A stretch of 64,000 bases of DNA from Candidatus Aenigmatarchaeota archaeon (GTDB taxonomy: Archaea; Aenigmatarchaeota; Aenigmatarchaeia; QMZP01; QMZT01): contig JAPLVC010000003.1 of assembly GCA_026397315.1 (NCBI GenBank), positions 32,001 through 96,000 of the forward strand. Reading direction: 5' to 3'. Each line of letters begins with the position of its first letter. Within the stretch, counting starts at the first letter, position 1. The translations under genes and the position numbers were made by a program. Below are positions 1 to 10,320 of this stretch, piece after piece. The notes beneath the pieces were generated by a model. The model did not search any database. It saw only the letters and a program-made list of their open reading frames with translations, and was not told where the DNA came from.

Positions 1-1
1 A

Positions 2-373
2 GAAAAAGATCTAGGTGATAATGAGTATGCTCAGGATATACGGAAGATAAATGAGGAAGTTGTCAGAACGTTTGAGAGTTTGGGCAAGGAAGGAATTACC
101 ATTTTGGGAATGGCTTTGATTAATCCAGATGAATGTACACTCAGACAAAATGCCGCAATTATTTTGGGTGAACTTGGAAAAAGATACCATCCACATACAG
201 AGAATTATAAATTTATCAGAGGCCTTCTAACGTCAAAGGCTATCGGTACCGGCGCTTCCATCGAACGCGATGGTTATGACTTCGGGTCCAATGTGGAACC
301 TGAGGGTTTTGTAACCGCGAGAATATTGCACGCCCTTAATGGGATGGGCGTTGTTGAGGATTCTAATAAGTGA
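2..373 (+). CDS. HEAT-repeat-like protein, 5'-truncated by window edge
   Basis: Frame open from position 2; LRQNAAIILGELG resembles a HEAT repeat; AT-rich. Confidence 0.5.
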   Translation, partial: EKDLGDNEYAQDIRKINEEVVRTFESLGKEGITILGMALINPDECTLRQNAAIILGELGKRYHPHTENYKFIRGLLTSKAIGTGASIERDGYDFGSNVEPEGFVTARILHALNGMGVVEDSNK

Positions 374-566
374 TTTCGCTTTTATTGCAGTAACGAGCCT
401 ATCCATGACAGCCCTCAGCCAAAGACCTGAAAGAAAGTTTCCATTACGGTCTCTCGTTTTGGGTTTTTAAAAATCCAGGATGTGCATACAAGCACATATT
501 TAAACCATTATGGTTATATATAAGGAATATAATAACCGAGTTATAGGATGTTTGTAAAGTGATATC

Positions 567-1088
567 ATGGGATTGAGACCGGCAAGATGCTACAGGAAGC
601 TTGAGAGGCCGAACACGCGCATCTCGATAAGCAAGCCCAGGAAAAGCTACGTGAAAGGCGTCCCGCCGTCGAAAATACACAGGTTCAACTCCGGAGTGGA
701 CAAGCCGGAATTCACGGTCAACATGTATCTCGTCATCAAGAACGCCGTCCAGGTGAGGAACAACGCGCTCGAGGCGATGAGGCTATCGGCGACGAAGGAG
801 CTTGAAAAGAAGGCGGGCGTCGACGGATACTTTGTCAAGATTCTTATATTCCCCCATCATGTTCTCAGGGAAAACCCGCTTGCAACAGGCGCAGGCGCCG
901 ACAGATTCCAGACGGGCATGCGCAAGGCGTTTGGAAGGCCCATAGGCACGGCAGCACGCACGAAGAAGAACCAGCGCATTCTAGTGGCGAAAATCGCCCC
1001 CATAAACGAGGCCGTGTGCAGGCACGCCCTGAAAATCGCTTCTTCAAAAGTTCCGAGCTCCTGCTACATCGAGACTGTAAGACTGTAA
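567..1088 (+). CDS. rpl10e: 50S ribosomal protein L10e (uL16)
   Basis: MGLRPARCYR start; HHVLRENPLATGAGADRFQTGMRKAFGRP signature. Confidence 0.97.
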   Translation: MGLRPARCYRKLERPNTRISISKPRKSYVKGVPPSKIHRFNSGVDKPEFTVNMYLVIKNAVQVRNNALEAMRLSATKELEKKAGVDGYFVKILIFPHHVLRENPLATGAGADRFQTGMRKAFGRPIGTAARTKKNQRILVAKIAPINEAVCRHALKIASSKVPSSCYIETVRL

Positions 1089-1165
1089 AGTAGGATGCAG
1101 GTTAGTCGGGGAGAAAACAAAAAGAAGAATGGGAAGTGTTAAAATGCTTCCCTAATCTTGTTGCT

Positions 1166-1432
1166 TTATCTTATCAGGCCACTGAACACTGCCCACAATG
1201 CACCAACCACCAAGAAAAGCCAGCCAAGAAACTCGAATATGTATACTCCGAAGATGTAAGTGCTTCCCAGCATGTTAGTGAACAAGCTCGCTGTAAATGC
1301 TATCGATACGAGGAAGAAAACCCCCGCGGCCGCTATGAAGTTAAACTGTCGCTCTGCTTTCGTCCTGATTTTCGCGTACTCTGCAAAAACTGGTGTTAGC
1401 AGCGTTGCAATGGCAAGCCATATGTCTATCAT
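1166..1432 (-). CDS. small membrane protein
   Basis: 88 aa, three hydrophobic segments, GGTG RBS upstream. Confidence 0.7.
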   Translation of the reverse strand: MIDIWLAIATLLTPVFAEYAKIRTKAERQFNFIAAAGVFFLVSIAFTASLFTNMLGSTYIFGVYIFEFLGWLFLVVGALWAVFSGLIR

Positions 1433-1505
1433 TTGAACACCCCTTGTTAAATAATTGGTCCCGACTCCAATATAAATCCTCGCATGCGTCTGGCAGCACG
1501 TTTGT

Positions 1506-2324
1506 TTATAAATAGACTTCTATGCCTGCGGCGACGAGAATGAACAATGCGCCTATGGCTATTATCTTGAGCGAGTCTAAAAATATGATCTCCATGACTT
1601 TCGTACTTCTGCACCTGAGTATCGCTGCCGACAGCAGTCCGCCCGCGATGCTGGCGCAAAGGTAGCCGACGACCTCGGGTATGCCGTGCGGCAGAAACGA
1701 TAGCGTGACCATGGGAATGTCGGTTATCGATTTAGATAGCTCGCCTATGCACGTGCCCAGGATGGAAGCGTTCCACACGATTATGAACACTGCGCCCGCT
1801 CCGTAGAGCAGCGAGAATATGAAGGAAAATATCATCACTTCCATGTTATTAGCGAAGACTGCTAGAAATGAGTCGAAGTTGCCTTTTATTATCCTGCCCG
1901 TGAACTGGCCGGAAACGGCTGCGCGTATCTCGGTTATCTTGACGAGCTGTACCTGGAAGAAATCCTGCGGCAGGATGAAGGACCACGCGGCGAAAGCGAC
2001 GGTCACGCCGAGGAAGTAGAACAGGAACATCAGTATGTCCTTTTCGTGGCGCTTGAAGAAGTCCTTTTTGTAATGGTTTATGCATGCCTCTTCCTCCATT
2101 TTCTCTTCCTTCATTATCACTCTGGTCAGGAAGTAGACCGACGGCATGATGGTGAATATGACCGCGAACATGCCCGTAAGGTTGAAAGACACGCCTGAAA
2201 TGGTGACCTTGTAGAAAAGCTGCGTCGAGAGAAGCACGCCCACCGTCGTTATGAGCAGCGCCCAGATGAACGTCAGGTAAGGCGACTTGTCCACCTCCCT
2301 GAAGCTGAGGATCGACTCGAGCAT
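1506..2324 (-). CDS. SpoIIM-like (DUF95) integral membrane protein
   Basis: FANNMEV...WNASILG...LPHGIPEV...AAGIE motifs, multiple TM segments. Confidence 0.85.
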   Translation of the reverse strand: MLESILSFREVDKSPYLTFIWALLITTVGVLLSTQLFYKVTISGVSFNLTGMFAVIFTIMPSVYFLTRVIMKEEKMEEEACINHYKKDFFKRHEKDILMFLFYFLGVTVAFAAWSFILPQDFFQVQLVKITEIRAAVSGQFTGRIIKGNFDSFLAVFANNMEVMIFSFIFSLLYGAGAVFIIVWNASILGTCIGELSKSITDIPMVTLSFLPHGIPEVVGYLCASIAGGLLSAAILRCRSTKVMEIIFLDSLKIIAIGALFILVAAGIEVYL

Positions 2325-2410
2325 AATATTATTATGGCCGCATGCATTTTAATCTCTTGCAGTCGCTAGCTGTCTGAAGCGATTTAAGGCCGGGCAGGCA
2401 GAATATAATC

Positions 2411-3115
2411 ATGAAGTTCCCGAAGCCGGGCAGGAACATTTTTCACAGGGGTTCGAAGGAAGCCGCGCCGCCTGCCGCGAAGGATGGCAAGTCAGCCGAA
2501 GACAAAAAGTTCGTGGAATCCATAAACGAGATATACAGGCAGTTCAAGGAGGAGAAGCTGCGCAAGGAGCGCTTTGCCATTCTCGGCGTTGGCAACGACC
2601 TGAAAGGCGACGACGGCGTTGGCCCATACGTCGCTGAAAAACTAAAGAAACTAATAGGCAAAGACGAATATTTCCTTTTCATAAAGACGGCGATGCCCGA
2701 GGATCACGTCCGCGAACTGAAAGCCTTCACGCCCACGCTTCTCATAATCGTCGACGCTGCGGATTTCGGGAAGAGGCCCGGAAGCCTTAAAGTGATAAGG
2801 GACTACGAGATAAGCGATACGGCGCTCTCAACGCACATAACGCCGCTCAGCATTTTCCTGCGCCTTTACAACGCCGACCAGCCGGTGAAAAACCCGGTCA
2901 CCATAATCGGCATACAGAAGAAAAGCAACGAGTTCGGCCAGCCCCTCGGCAGCGAGGCCAGAGTCGCTGGTGACAAGGTCGCGGAAATAATAAACGACCT
3001 TTATCGCAAGAAGCTGCTCGGCACCATGCTGGAGAAGGAATTCGAGCGTCAATCCAGCGCCATCAAGAAGATAGAGAGCGCTTTCTCGGGCGGAAAAAAA
3101 GCCACAGGCAAATAG
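2411..3115 (+). CDS. hycI: hydrogenase maturation protease (HycI-like)
   Basis: ILGVGNDLKGDDGVG, IIVDAADF, LSTH motifs; next to hydrogenase genes. Confidence 0.9.
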   Translation: MKFPKPGRNIFHRGSKEAAPPAAKDGKSAEDKKFVESINEIYRQFKEEKLRKERFAILGVGNDLKGDDGVGPYVAEKLKKLIGKDEYFLFIKTAMPEDHVRELKAFTPTLLIIVDAADFGKRPGSLKVIRDYEISDTALSTHITPLSIFLRLYNADQPVKNPVTIIGIQKKSNEFGQPLGSEARVAGDKVAEIINDLYRKKLLGTMLEKEFERQSSAIKKIESAFSGGKKATGK

Positions 3116-3121
3116 CGCGGA

Positions 3122-3460
3122 CTATTTTTTATGCGTTTCTTTGAACTTGTCCTTGTCGGGACCGGCGAGTTCGAACTTGTCCGAATTATCGACGGATTTC
3201 GGGTTTGTCGGGCAGACGTCGTGACATTTGCCGCAGAAGATGCATTTTCCGACATCGATGGACCACGTCTTCTGCTCCCTGTTGACGACTATCGCGTTTG
3301 TGGGACAGTTTATGGCGCAGAGCATGCAGAAGATGCACGTTTCCTTTTTCCATTCCACCTTGCCGCGGAATCCGGGCGGCAGCGAAGGCCGCTGTTTCGG
3401 ATAGCGTCTCGTCGCAGGTCTGGAAAAAAGCCTTTGCAACGCTTCCGGTAAGAGATTCAT
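3122..3460 (-). CDS. 2x[4Fe-4S] subunit of membrane-bound hydrogenase (NuoI/MbhN-like)
   Basis: CIFCMLCAINCP and CIFCGKCHDVCP motifs; PATRRYP...GFRGK. Confidence 0.92.
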   Translation of the reverse strand: MNLLPEALQRLFSRPATRRYPKQRPSLPPGFRGKVEWKKETCIFCMLCAINCPTNAIVVNREQKTWSIDVGKCIFCGKCHDVCPTNPKSVDNSDKFELAGPDKDKFKETHKK

Positions 3461-3471
3461 TTTTCATACAC

Positions 3472-4395
3472 CTACATGACATAAAACCCTAGCAGGACCC
3501 TGGCAAGGTCGATGAGAGCTAACGGCCCTACGACGAACCAGTAAAACCTGAAAGCCTGAGCTATCTGCAACCTGGCGAACACGACGCGGAATACGATCAG
3601 TATCGCTAGTAACGCGAGCGAATAAACGGCGAAAGTAAGGAGGCTGTTGGCCCCGAGGTAAAGGACCGCTCCCAGAGATATTAACACCCAGAATCCCGCC
3701 GCTTTAGCCAGCTCGAACAGCGCCAGCCTCGGGCCGCTGTATTCCGTCGTGGGGCCTGCGACTATTTCCTGCTCCGCGTCCGGTATGTGGAACGGAGGAA
3801 GCGAAAGCTTGCCCAGCACGCCCATCAGGAAAGCGAAAAATGCGAACGGCAGCTGCAGGGTGAAAAGGGGGACGATACGAAAGCCCGTTAATACGCCAAT
3901 CGTCACCAGTGAGATGACGAAGGGAAATTCATATGCGAACAGCTGCGTGAGCTCCCGTATGCTGCCTAAAGAAGCGAAGGGGTTGCCCGCGGCGAAGCCT
4001 GCGACCGCGAAAAATACGGAAGACATTATCAGGAAGTACAGTACGACGAAAAGGCTGCCCTGGAAAAATATGGGTTCGACGCTGAACATGCCGGGAAGAC
4101 CAGCGATGGGAATGAATAACGCTACAGTCATCAGCGACGCGAACGAGACCACCGGGCACAGCGTAGCTAGCGCGCCTGTTGCGTCGCGGGTTGTTATGTT
4201 CTCCTTCGACAGCAATTTGAAGAAGTCGAAGAATGGCTGCCACAAAGGCGGCCCGATGCGATGCTGCATGCGTGCGCTGACCTTGCGCACTATGCCCATG
4301 TAAAGGAAACCGATTATGAAAGCGGCCAGGAATCCTGGAAAGACGAGCATATTGAAAACGTTCTGCGCCAGCTGGGGCGTCAGCGCTTCAAACAT
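3472..4395 (-). CDS. membrane subunit of group 4 hydrogenase (NuoH/MbhM-like)
   Basis: RKVSARMQHRIGPP, QPFFDFFKLLSKE, PFHIPDAEQEIVAGPTTEYSG; start at 4395 overlaps upstream stop, GGAGG RBS. Confidence 0.92.
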   Translation of the reverse strand: MFEALTPQLAQNVFNMLVFPGFLAAFIIGFLYMGIVRKVSARMQHRIGPPLWQPFFDFFKLLSKENITTRDATGALATLCPVVSFASLMTVALFIPIAGLPGMFSVEPIFFQGSLFVVLYFLIMSSVFFAVAGFAAGNPFASLGSIRELTQLFAYEFPFVISLVTIGVLTGFRIVPLFTLQLPFAFFAFLMGVLGKLSLPPFHIPDAEQEIVAGPTTEYSGPRLALFELAKAAGFWVLISLGAVLYLGANSLLTFAVYSLALLAILIVFRVVFARLQIAQAFRFYWFVVGPLALIDLARVLLGFYVM

Positions 4396-5596
4396 GCGGG
4401 TGACCTCCGTGGCCATGCGCTTCATGCGAGCCGCCGTCTCTCATGTGCAGGATTTCGTGCTTGGTTATTATTTTTTCCTTGCACGATTTCGTGTCGATGA
4501 TGGTCATCCTGTCCGTGCACGAAAAACAAGGATCGAGTGAAGCGACTATAACAGGCACGTCGGATATCGTATGGCCTTTCAGTATTTCCTCCAGGACGTG
4601 GAAGGTCTGGTATGTCGGCGTGCGTATGCGCACCCTCGTCGGTTTTACGCCTCCGGACTGCATGTAATAGAACAGCTCACCGCGCGGCGCCTCGACCCGC
4701 GAAACTGTCTCGAGTCCTTCTTTTACGCTTACGGCTGACGGGAGCTTGAGCGAGATATCGCCCTTTATTTCAGTGAGAGTCGTCAGCGACAGCCGGATCA
4801 TGCGTATCGATTCGAGACATTCCTTCGCGCGGACTATGCAGCGCTCCTGCGCGTCGCCGCCCTCGCCGGTTACGGCCCTGAACTTCAGGTCCTTGTAGGC
4901 GAGATACCCTGTCTCCCGCACGTCGTAATCGATGCCTGAAGCACGAAGATTCGGGCCGACCGGGTTCAGCTCCTTCGCTTTCATTCGAGACAGATGCCCT
5001 ACATTCCTGGTCCTGATCTTCATCAGAGAATCATTCCTGAAAACGCTCAGATAATGCTTCAGCCGCTCTTCCAGCGTGTCGAGGTTTTTGGCCATCTTGC
5101 CGTAGTTTTCCTGACCGATGTCCCTTCTCACTCCGCCTATCACGTTCATCGCGAAGTGCACGCGGTTGCCTGTGAGCGATTCCTGCATGTCCATGACGAG
5201 CTCGCGGTCGCGGAAGATATAATGGAAGAGAGTATCGAGACCAACTTCCCAGGCGACCAGGCCCAGCGCGAGCATGTGCGAATGCATTCTTTCCAGCTCG
5301 CTCACCAGCGTGCGTATGTGCTTTGCGCGGTCGGGAATCTCGACTCCCAGCATCTGCTCGATGCCCTGACAGTAGCATGATGTATGGTAGTGCCCGCATA
5401 TGCCGCAGACGCGCTCGCTCAGGAAGACGCCTTTCGCCCAGGGCCTGTTTTCGAACGACTTCTCGATGCCCTTGTGATTGTAGCCGAGAACGAGCTCCGC
5501 CCCTTTTATCGTTTCCCCTTCGACGCGCAGCTTTATGTGGGCCGGCTCGACCAGCGCGGGATGCTGCGGTCCGAACGGCAGGACAAAATCATGCAT
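4388..5596 (-). CDS. group 4 [NiFe]-hydrogenase large subunit (MbhL/EchE-like)
   Basis: FGPQHP, L1 ERVCGICG, EAPRGE, L2 DPCFSCTDR, cleavable C-terminal tail. Confidence 0.93.
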   Translation of the reverse strand: MHDFVLPFGPQHPALVEPAHIKLRVEGETIKGAELVLGYNHKGIEKSFENRPWAKGVFLSERVCGICGHYHTSCYCQGIEQMLGVEIPDRAKHIRTLVSELERMHSHMLALGLVAWEVGLDTLFHYIFRDRELVMDMQESLTGNRVHFAMNVIGGVRRDIGQENYGKMAKNLDTLEERLKHYLSVFRNDSLMKIRTRNVGHLSRMKAKELNPVGPNLRASGIDYDVRETGYLAYKDLKFRAVTGEGGDAQERCIVRAKECLESIRMIRLSLTTLTEIKGDISLKLPSAVSVKEGLETVSRVEAPRGELFYYMQSGGVKPTRVRIRTPTYQTFHVLEEILKGHTISDVPVIVASLDPCFSCTDRMTIIDTKSCKEKIITKHEILHMRDGGSHEAHGHGGHPHV

Positions 5597-5739
5597 ATAA
5601 TTATTTTGCTTACCTGTTATAAGTAACTTTCCTGTCAAAAATTACTCTTCGACGAAATTAAATAAAATAAGAAATTATGCAGTCATTAAAAAACAGCAAA
5701 CCAAAGGATGAACGGCCCTCTGAAATCCATTTTCCTTTA

Positions 5740-6081
5740 TTATGACGTTCTCATGTTCTTGGGCGTTATCTCTACACGATTGCCATCGAGCAAGTTCATG
5801 TTGAAGCCATTTCCAAGCTCGTTCTCGAAGACAACTTTTTGTACCATACCGGTTCGCGCATTCGCTTCTGATTCCATTATCATGCCTTGATAAAGGAAGC
5901 TGTGCGTTTCTCCTATAGAATCCGCAGGTATTGAATATTTTCCCGGCGTTCTCACGACCTTGTCCCCGATAGCATAATATCCGTGGCCGTCTAAGCCCAT
6001 TCCGATATAAACCGGAGTGGCTTTCCCTGCACCGATCCTGTCAGCTTCTTCCATGCCTTTCCGAAGATCTTTCATTTTCAT
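5740..6081 (-). CDS. hypothetical protein (AT-rich orphan)
   Basis: 113 aa ORF with GGTGA RBS. Confidence 0.6.
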   Translation of the reverse strand: MKMKDLRKGMEEADRIGAGKATPVYIGMGLDGHGYYAIGDKVVRTPGKYSIPADSIGETHSFLYQGMIMESEANARTGMVQKVVFENELGNGFNMNLLDGNRVEITPKNMRTS

Positions 6082-6192
6082 TTCATCACCAAATTATTAG
6101 TGCTTTTGATTTTCTGTTAGCTCTAAGTTTTATAAGCCTTGATTGTTGCTACAAAAAAGTAGAATAAGTGAATAAAAATAAAACCGGTTTCT

Positions 6193-6516
6193 TTATGCGA
6201 CGTCCGCTCCGACTTCAGCGCCTTTGTCGACGGTGACGAGATGGATGTTGTCGCCTTTCACCGCTGCGAGCAGCATGCCCTCCGAAGTCACGCCTTTTAT
6301 GAGCGTCGGCCTGAGGTTGGTGAGCACGACTATCTTCTTGCCGGCCAGCTTCTCCTTGTCGTAGTGATTCTTGACGCCGGCGACCAGGGTTATTTGTTTA
6401 CCTCCAATGTCGACTTCGAGCTTGTAAAGTTTGTCCGATCCCGCTATCTCGTCGGCCCTCAGGATTTCTCCCACCCTGAATTCCATTTTTTCAAAATCCT
6501 TCATTTCAACTTCCAT
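6193..6516 (-). CDS. tRNA-binding OB-fold protein (Trbp111/CsaA/MetRS C-terminal-like)
   Basis: FRVGEILRA..GSDKLYKLEVDIG..NLRP...GVTSEGMLLAA. Confidence 0.9.
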   Translation of the reverse strand: MEVEMKDFEKMEFRVGEILRADEIAGSDKLYKLEVDIGGKQITLVAGVKNHYDKEKLAGKKIVVLTNLRPTLIKGVTSEGMLLAAVKGDNIHLVTVDKGAEVGADVA

Positions 6517-6622
6517 AAAATCCCCTCAATAATAGGGTGGCGCCGTGATTTAAATTATTGAGCGACCTTGAGCGGCCATCCGTCTCGCGCCATTTATTAA
6601 CCTCTGTAAGACAATTATAATT

Positions 6623-8530
6623 ATGAAAAGGGGTTGGGTTTTTGGGTTAGTTTTACTTTTAGCCGTTGCTTTTTTGCTGGTGCCGGGTTTTGCCCGCGCC
6701 GCCAGCCCTGATGTCATCATACTGCCTGACGAGAAAGTCCTTTCCGTCAACTCGGCGGTCCTGATAAAAGTCGACCCCAAGACGACTGAAAAGCCGATGC
6801 GCATCACGTGGTCGGTATATAATACAGGCAGCATAGGCCTCGGCTCTTTCCCGGCAACAACGGACGGAAAGGGTCTCTGTTATTTCTCCAACAGCGACGG
6901 CAACGCGACATGCGGACCGTCGCCATTCTTCAATTCGGGCCCGACCGAGATGTATATCAACGTCATAACGCCCAGCGGCGCGACGAACAAGACCGTCCCG
7001 CTTAACATATCCAACATATCGATCGAGCTCACGGGCGTGAACAAGGTGGACAACACCGTATACATGTTCTTCTACATGGCTCAGAAAGCCTGGATGAAAT
7101 ACAGCATATACAAGGAGGACCTGAGCATATACCAGACCGAGCGCCCGCTTGAATACGATACCGTTAACGCCAGATACGCCGGCAACATCACGCTGAACCC
7201 GGGTGTCTACTACTTTACTTTCATGGTCAACAATTCCGGAACGTATGGCAGCACGCTGAAGAGGATTGAAATCCCTTCGGGCGACTATCTCACCATGCAA
7301 ACCAGCAAGGCTGAATACTGGACCGGAGAGAAGGTCGGAGTGACAGGCACGTCCAGCGCCTCGAGCGTGACTGGAGAAGTGCGCTACCCGGATGGCAAGA
7401 AGGCCAAGGATTTTTCTGTTTCAGTCGCTTCCGATCACACGTTCTCTTACGAGTTCGTGTCCGAGGGCAACTGGCCAGAGGGCGAATACGAGATCCGCAC
7501 GCTCAGCCCGCTGGCCAAGACTACGAAATTCTCGATAGTGGAGTTCTTCGAACTCATACCGGATTCCATTTCCGCCGCCGTCAACGAGTCTGACGATTTC
7601 TCTGAGACCATACAGATAAAGAATCTCAGGCAGAACTCTACTAACATATCAGTTTCCGTATCAGGCGATCTGAAGGACAGCTACGTCGACTTGGGTAAAT
7701 CGTCTTTAGGTCCGCTCGAAGCCACGACGATAAGCATAGACGTGCCTAACATCGAAGCGGACGTCGAGGGCAAGGTGACGGTCAAATCCGGCGACGGCCT
7801 CGAACTCGCGATACCGGTTTCAATAACAATGCTGGAGCCCGGGCAGGTATGCACGGGCGGCAAGTCGCTGGCGATAGATAAAGAGACGATGATTCTTTCC
7901 AGGGAGTGCATAGACGGCGACCCTGTTTACCACGAGATCCGCGTCAGCAACAGCGGCGCTGCAGGACTAACGAGTTTCAGCTACAGCGTCGAGGACACCG
8001 GAGGCGGTGACCAGTATCTGGAGACGCTCGACAGCAGCGGCTACATTGACGTCCCTGTTTCCGACCTGTCGGTTGCGGCAGGCGATTCAGAGACAGTTGA
8101 AATATCCATCACGCCTTCGGGCGCGGGCAAATACGAGGGCCTGATAAACATAAAGGCAGGCGGCGAGACCGCTAGCGTCCTGGTGGTTCTCAACTGCTAC
8201 GCTAACATTTCAGAAGACATAACCAGCCTCTCATACGCGCTTGCGGGCAAGAGCGTTTCCGAGACCGTGAGAAGCGATATCGGCTCGGACATCTCGAAAG
8301 CCGAGAGTGCCCTGACGCTGGGCAACTACGCCCAGGCGAACGAATACTACCAGAAAGCGCAGGCTAAAATCGACATGCTTGAATCCGGAGTAGCGCCGGC
8401 CATGGATCTCACGTGGATAATCATCATAATCGTCATAGCTGTCGTGGCAGTCGTCTTCCTCTGGTTCTTCAAGTTCAGGAAGACGACGGTAGTTTCTGAA
8501 GACGTCGACGACCTTGAGAAGTTCTCGTAA
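6623..8530 (+). CDS. cell-surface protein with signal peptide, Ig-like beta domains and C-terminal TM anchor
   Basis: N-terminal signal peptide, S/T/N-rich beta-strand repeats, C-terminal hydrophobic helix plus basic tail. Confidence 0.8.
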   Translation: MKRGWVFGLVLLLAVAFLLVPGFARAASPDVIILPDEKVLSVNSAVLIKVDPKTTEKPMRITWSVYNTGSIGLGSFPATTDGKGLCYFSNSDGNATCGPSPFFNSGPTEMYINVITPSGATNKTVPLNISNISIELTGVNKVDNTVYMFFYMAQKAWMKYSIYKEDLSIYQTERPLEYDTVNARYAGNITLNPGVYYFTFMVNNSGTYGSTLKRIEIPSGDYLTMQTSKAEYWTGEKVGVTGTSSASSVTGEVRYPDGKKAKDFSVSVASDHTFSYEFVSEGNWPEGEYEIRTLSPLAKTTKFSIVEFFELIPDSISAAVNESDDFSETIQIKNLRQNSTNISVSVSGDLKDSYVDLGKSSLGPLEATTISIDVPNIEADVEGKVTVKSGDGLELAIPVSITMLEPGQVCTGGKSLAIDKETMILSRECIDGDPVYHEIRVSNSGAAGLTSFSYSVEDTGGGDQYLETLDSSGYIDVPVSDLSVAAGDSETVEISITPSGAGKYEGLINIKAGGETASVLVVLNCYANISEDITSLSYALAGKSVSETVRSDIGSDISKAESALTLGNYAQANEYYQKAQAKIDMLESGVAPAMDLTWIIIIIVIAVVAVVFLWFFKFRKTTVVSEDVDDLEKFS

Positions 8531-8615
8531 AACCAATCTGAAAAGGCGAAGATACGAAGATGGCGCGACAGCTTATTCGCACTTTTTTTAAAGGCCGGGA
8601 ATTAAAGCGCCCCGA

Positions 8616-10163
8616 CTACTTCGAGAAGAACCTTTTCAGGGCCGGGTGCATGTCTTCCATGTGCTGCATCGATATCTGCTCGTAAAGCTGGTAGACTATC
8701 ATGACTGCCAAAAGTATACCAGTTCCTGTTCCCAGCGCGTCGGTGAAGTCGGCGAAAGACGCCAGGAAGCCGACGGTCGCACCTCCCAGCACGGAAAGCG
8801 CAGGTATGTATCTGTCAAGGACTTTTTCTATAATCCTGATGTCGCGCCTGAAGCCTGGGATTTGCATGCCGGTCGATTCTATCTGGGAAGCGACGGTCTT
8901 CGAGTCCATGCCAGCTGTGCTGACCCAGAAATACGAGAATATGACCGAGCCGCCCACCATGAACAATGCGTATGTGATAAGCCTGACTATGTCTATGGGG
9001 GCTATGTTGACCAGCGACGTAAGGCCCATCGAGAGCATGGAGAAATACCATACAAGAGCGCCCAGCACGCCGAAGCCGAACACTATCTTTATGCCGGTGC
9101 TCATCTTCTTCTTGGTGTAATAAACGAGCAACGCCCCTAGCAGGGCGAAAAGGCCTATGGATATCATGGTACCAGCGATTGCGGTCGTCCTCGGGTGTAT
9201 CAGGAAGAACACGAGCCCGCTGGTTGGCTGGCCGCTCGTGTCGAAGGTTCCGAGCCATGCGTTGCCGCCCTGCTGCGCGAGCATTTTAGCAAAGACCTGC
9301 ACATTCGCTAGTAACGCGCCTATGAGTATGACCGGAATGTTTGAAGTGTAAAGGAACTTGAGAGGCCAGCGCCTGCCGAAGCCGCGCACCGTCGAAAAAG
9401 CCAGCGGTATCTCGACGCGAATCGCCTGGACGTAGACAACTAACAGGAAAACAATCAACGTCGCTATGACGGGTAGCAGGACTATGAACGCGCTGAGCGG
9501 TTCGCCCGCGCCCATAAGGACGGCGGCGTTGGGTATCGCTCCGGACGGCGGGTTCTGGATGCCGGTCGATATGGACCCGTCCGACGTGAGCGGGTTGAAG
9601 GCGCGGATGACCATCGTCTTCGCGACGCCGGCGACTATGAAAAGGCTTATGCCCGAGCCGAAGCCCCACTTGGAGACGACCTCGTCCATGAACAGGACTA
9701 TCCATCCGCCCAACGCCAGCTGGAGCACGACGATGAAAGCCATGCCGGAGATCGCGGCTATCGCTCCGAAGGCAACGTAAACATAACCTTCTATGAGACA
9801 GAGTGCTATTGAGAGCAGTTTCTGAGTGCCCTGGAAAAGCGTCTTGCCCTTCTGTTCGGAGAGGTCCCATGGTATTATCTTGGAACCGACGAGCAGCTGA
9901 AGAATAATGGACGCCGTGACTATGGGGCCTATACCTAACGTGACTAGAGAACCGAAGGTCGAGCCGAGCAGGATTTCAAGGTATTTGAAGTATTCGTAGT
10001 TCGTCTTCGATATGCCGAAGACGGTGACCTGCGTCATCGCGAAATAAATAAGCAGCGCGATGCCCGTCCACTTCAGCTTTTCCTTGAAGCTCTGCCTCTT
10101 GAGAGGCTCAGATACGCCTGGCAGCCTCTTCAACACGCCGATATAAGCATCTTCAAGTCCCAT
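8616..10163 (-). CDS. secY: preprotein translocase subunit SecY
   Basis: LGIGPIVTASIILQLL, KWGFGSGISLFI, IPGFRRD, GTGILL. Confidence 0.98.
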   Translation of the reverse strand: MGLEDAYIGVLKRLPGVSEPLKRQSFKEKLKWTGIALLIYFAMTQVTVFGISKTNYEYFKYLEILLGSTFGSLVTLGIGPIVTASIILQLLVGSKIIPWDLSEQKGKTLFQGTQKLLSIALCLIEGYVYVAFGAIAAISGMAFIVVLQLALGGWIVLFMDEVVSKWGFGSGISLFIVAGVAKTMVIRAFNPLTSDGSISTGIQNPPSGAIPNAAVLMGAGEPLSAFIVLLPVIATLIVFLLVVYVQAIRVEIPLAFSTVRGFGRRWPLKFLYTSNIPVILIGALLANVQVFAKMLAQQGGNAWLGTFDTSGQPTSGLVFFLIHPRTTAIAGTMISIGLFALLGALLVYYTKKKMSTGIKIVFGFGVLGALVWYFSMLSMGLTSLVNIAPIDIVRLITYALFMVGGSVIFSYFWVSTAGMDSKTVASQIESTGMQIPGFRRDIRIIEKVLDRYIPALSVLGGATVGFLASFADFTDALGTGTGILLAVMIVYQLYEQISMQHMEDMHPALKRFFSK

Positions 10164-10320
10164 GCAAAAACCTTCAGATATCCTGTTTTATCCTGCATAA
10201 TTTTGTGGTGTGTTTTTTATTTGCAGTATTAACAGATAACAGGATTTGTTAATTATATTTATAAGTCTTGCTAAAATACGTTTCGGATTTGGAAGGTTTA
10301 GTTAAAATAAAAAATAAGAT

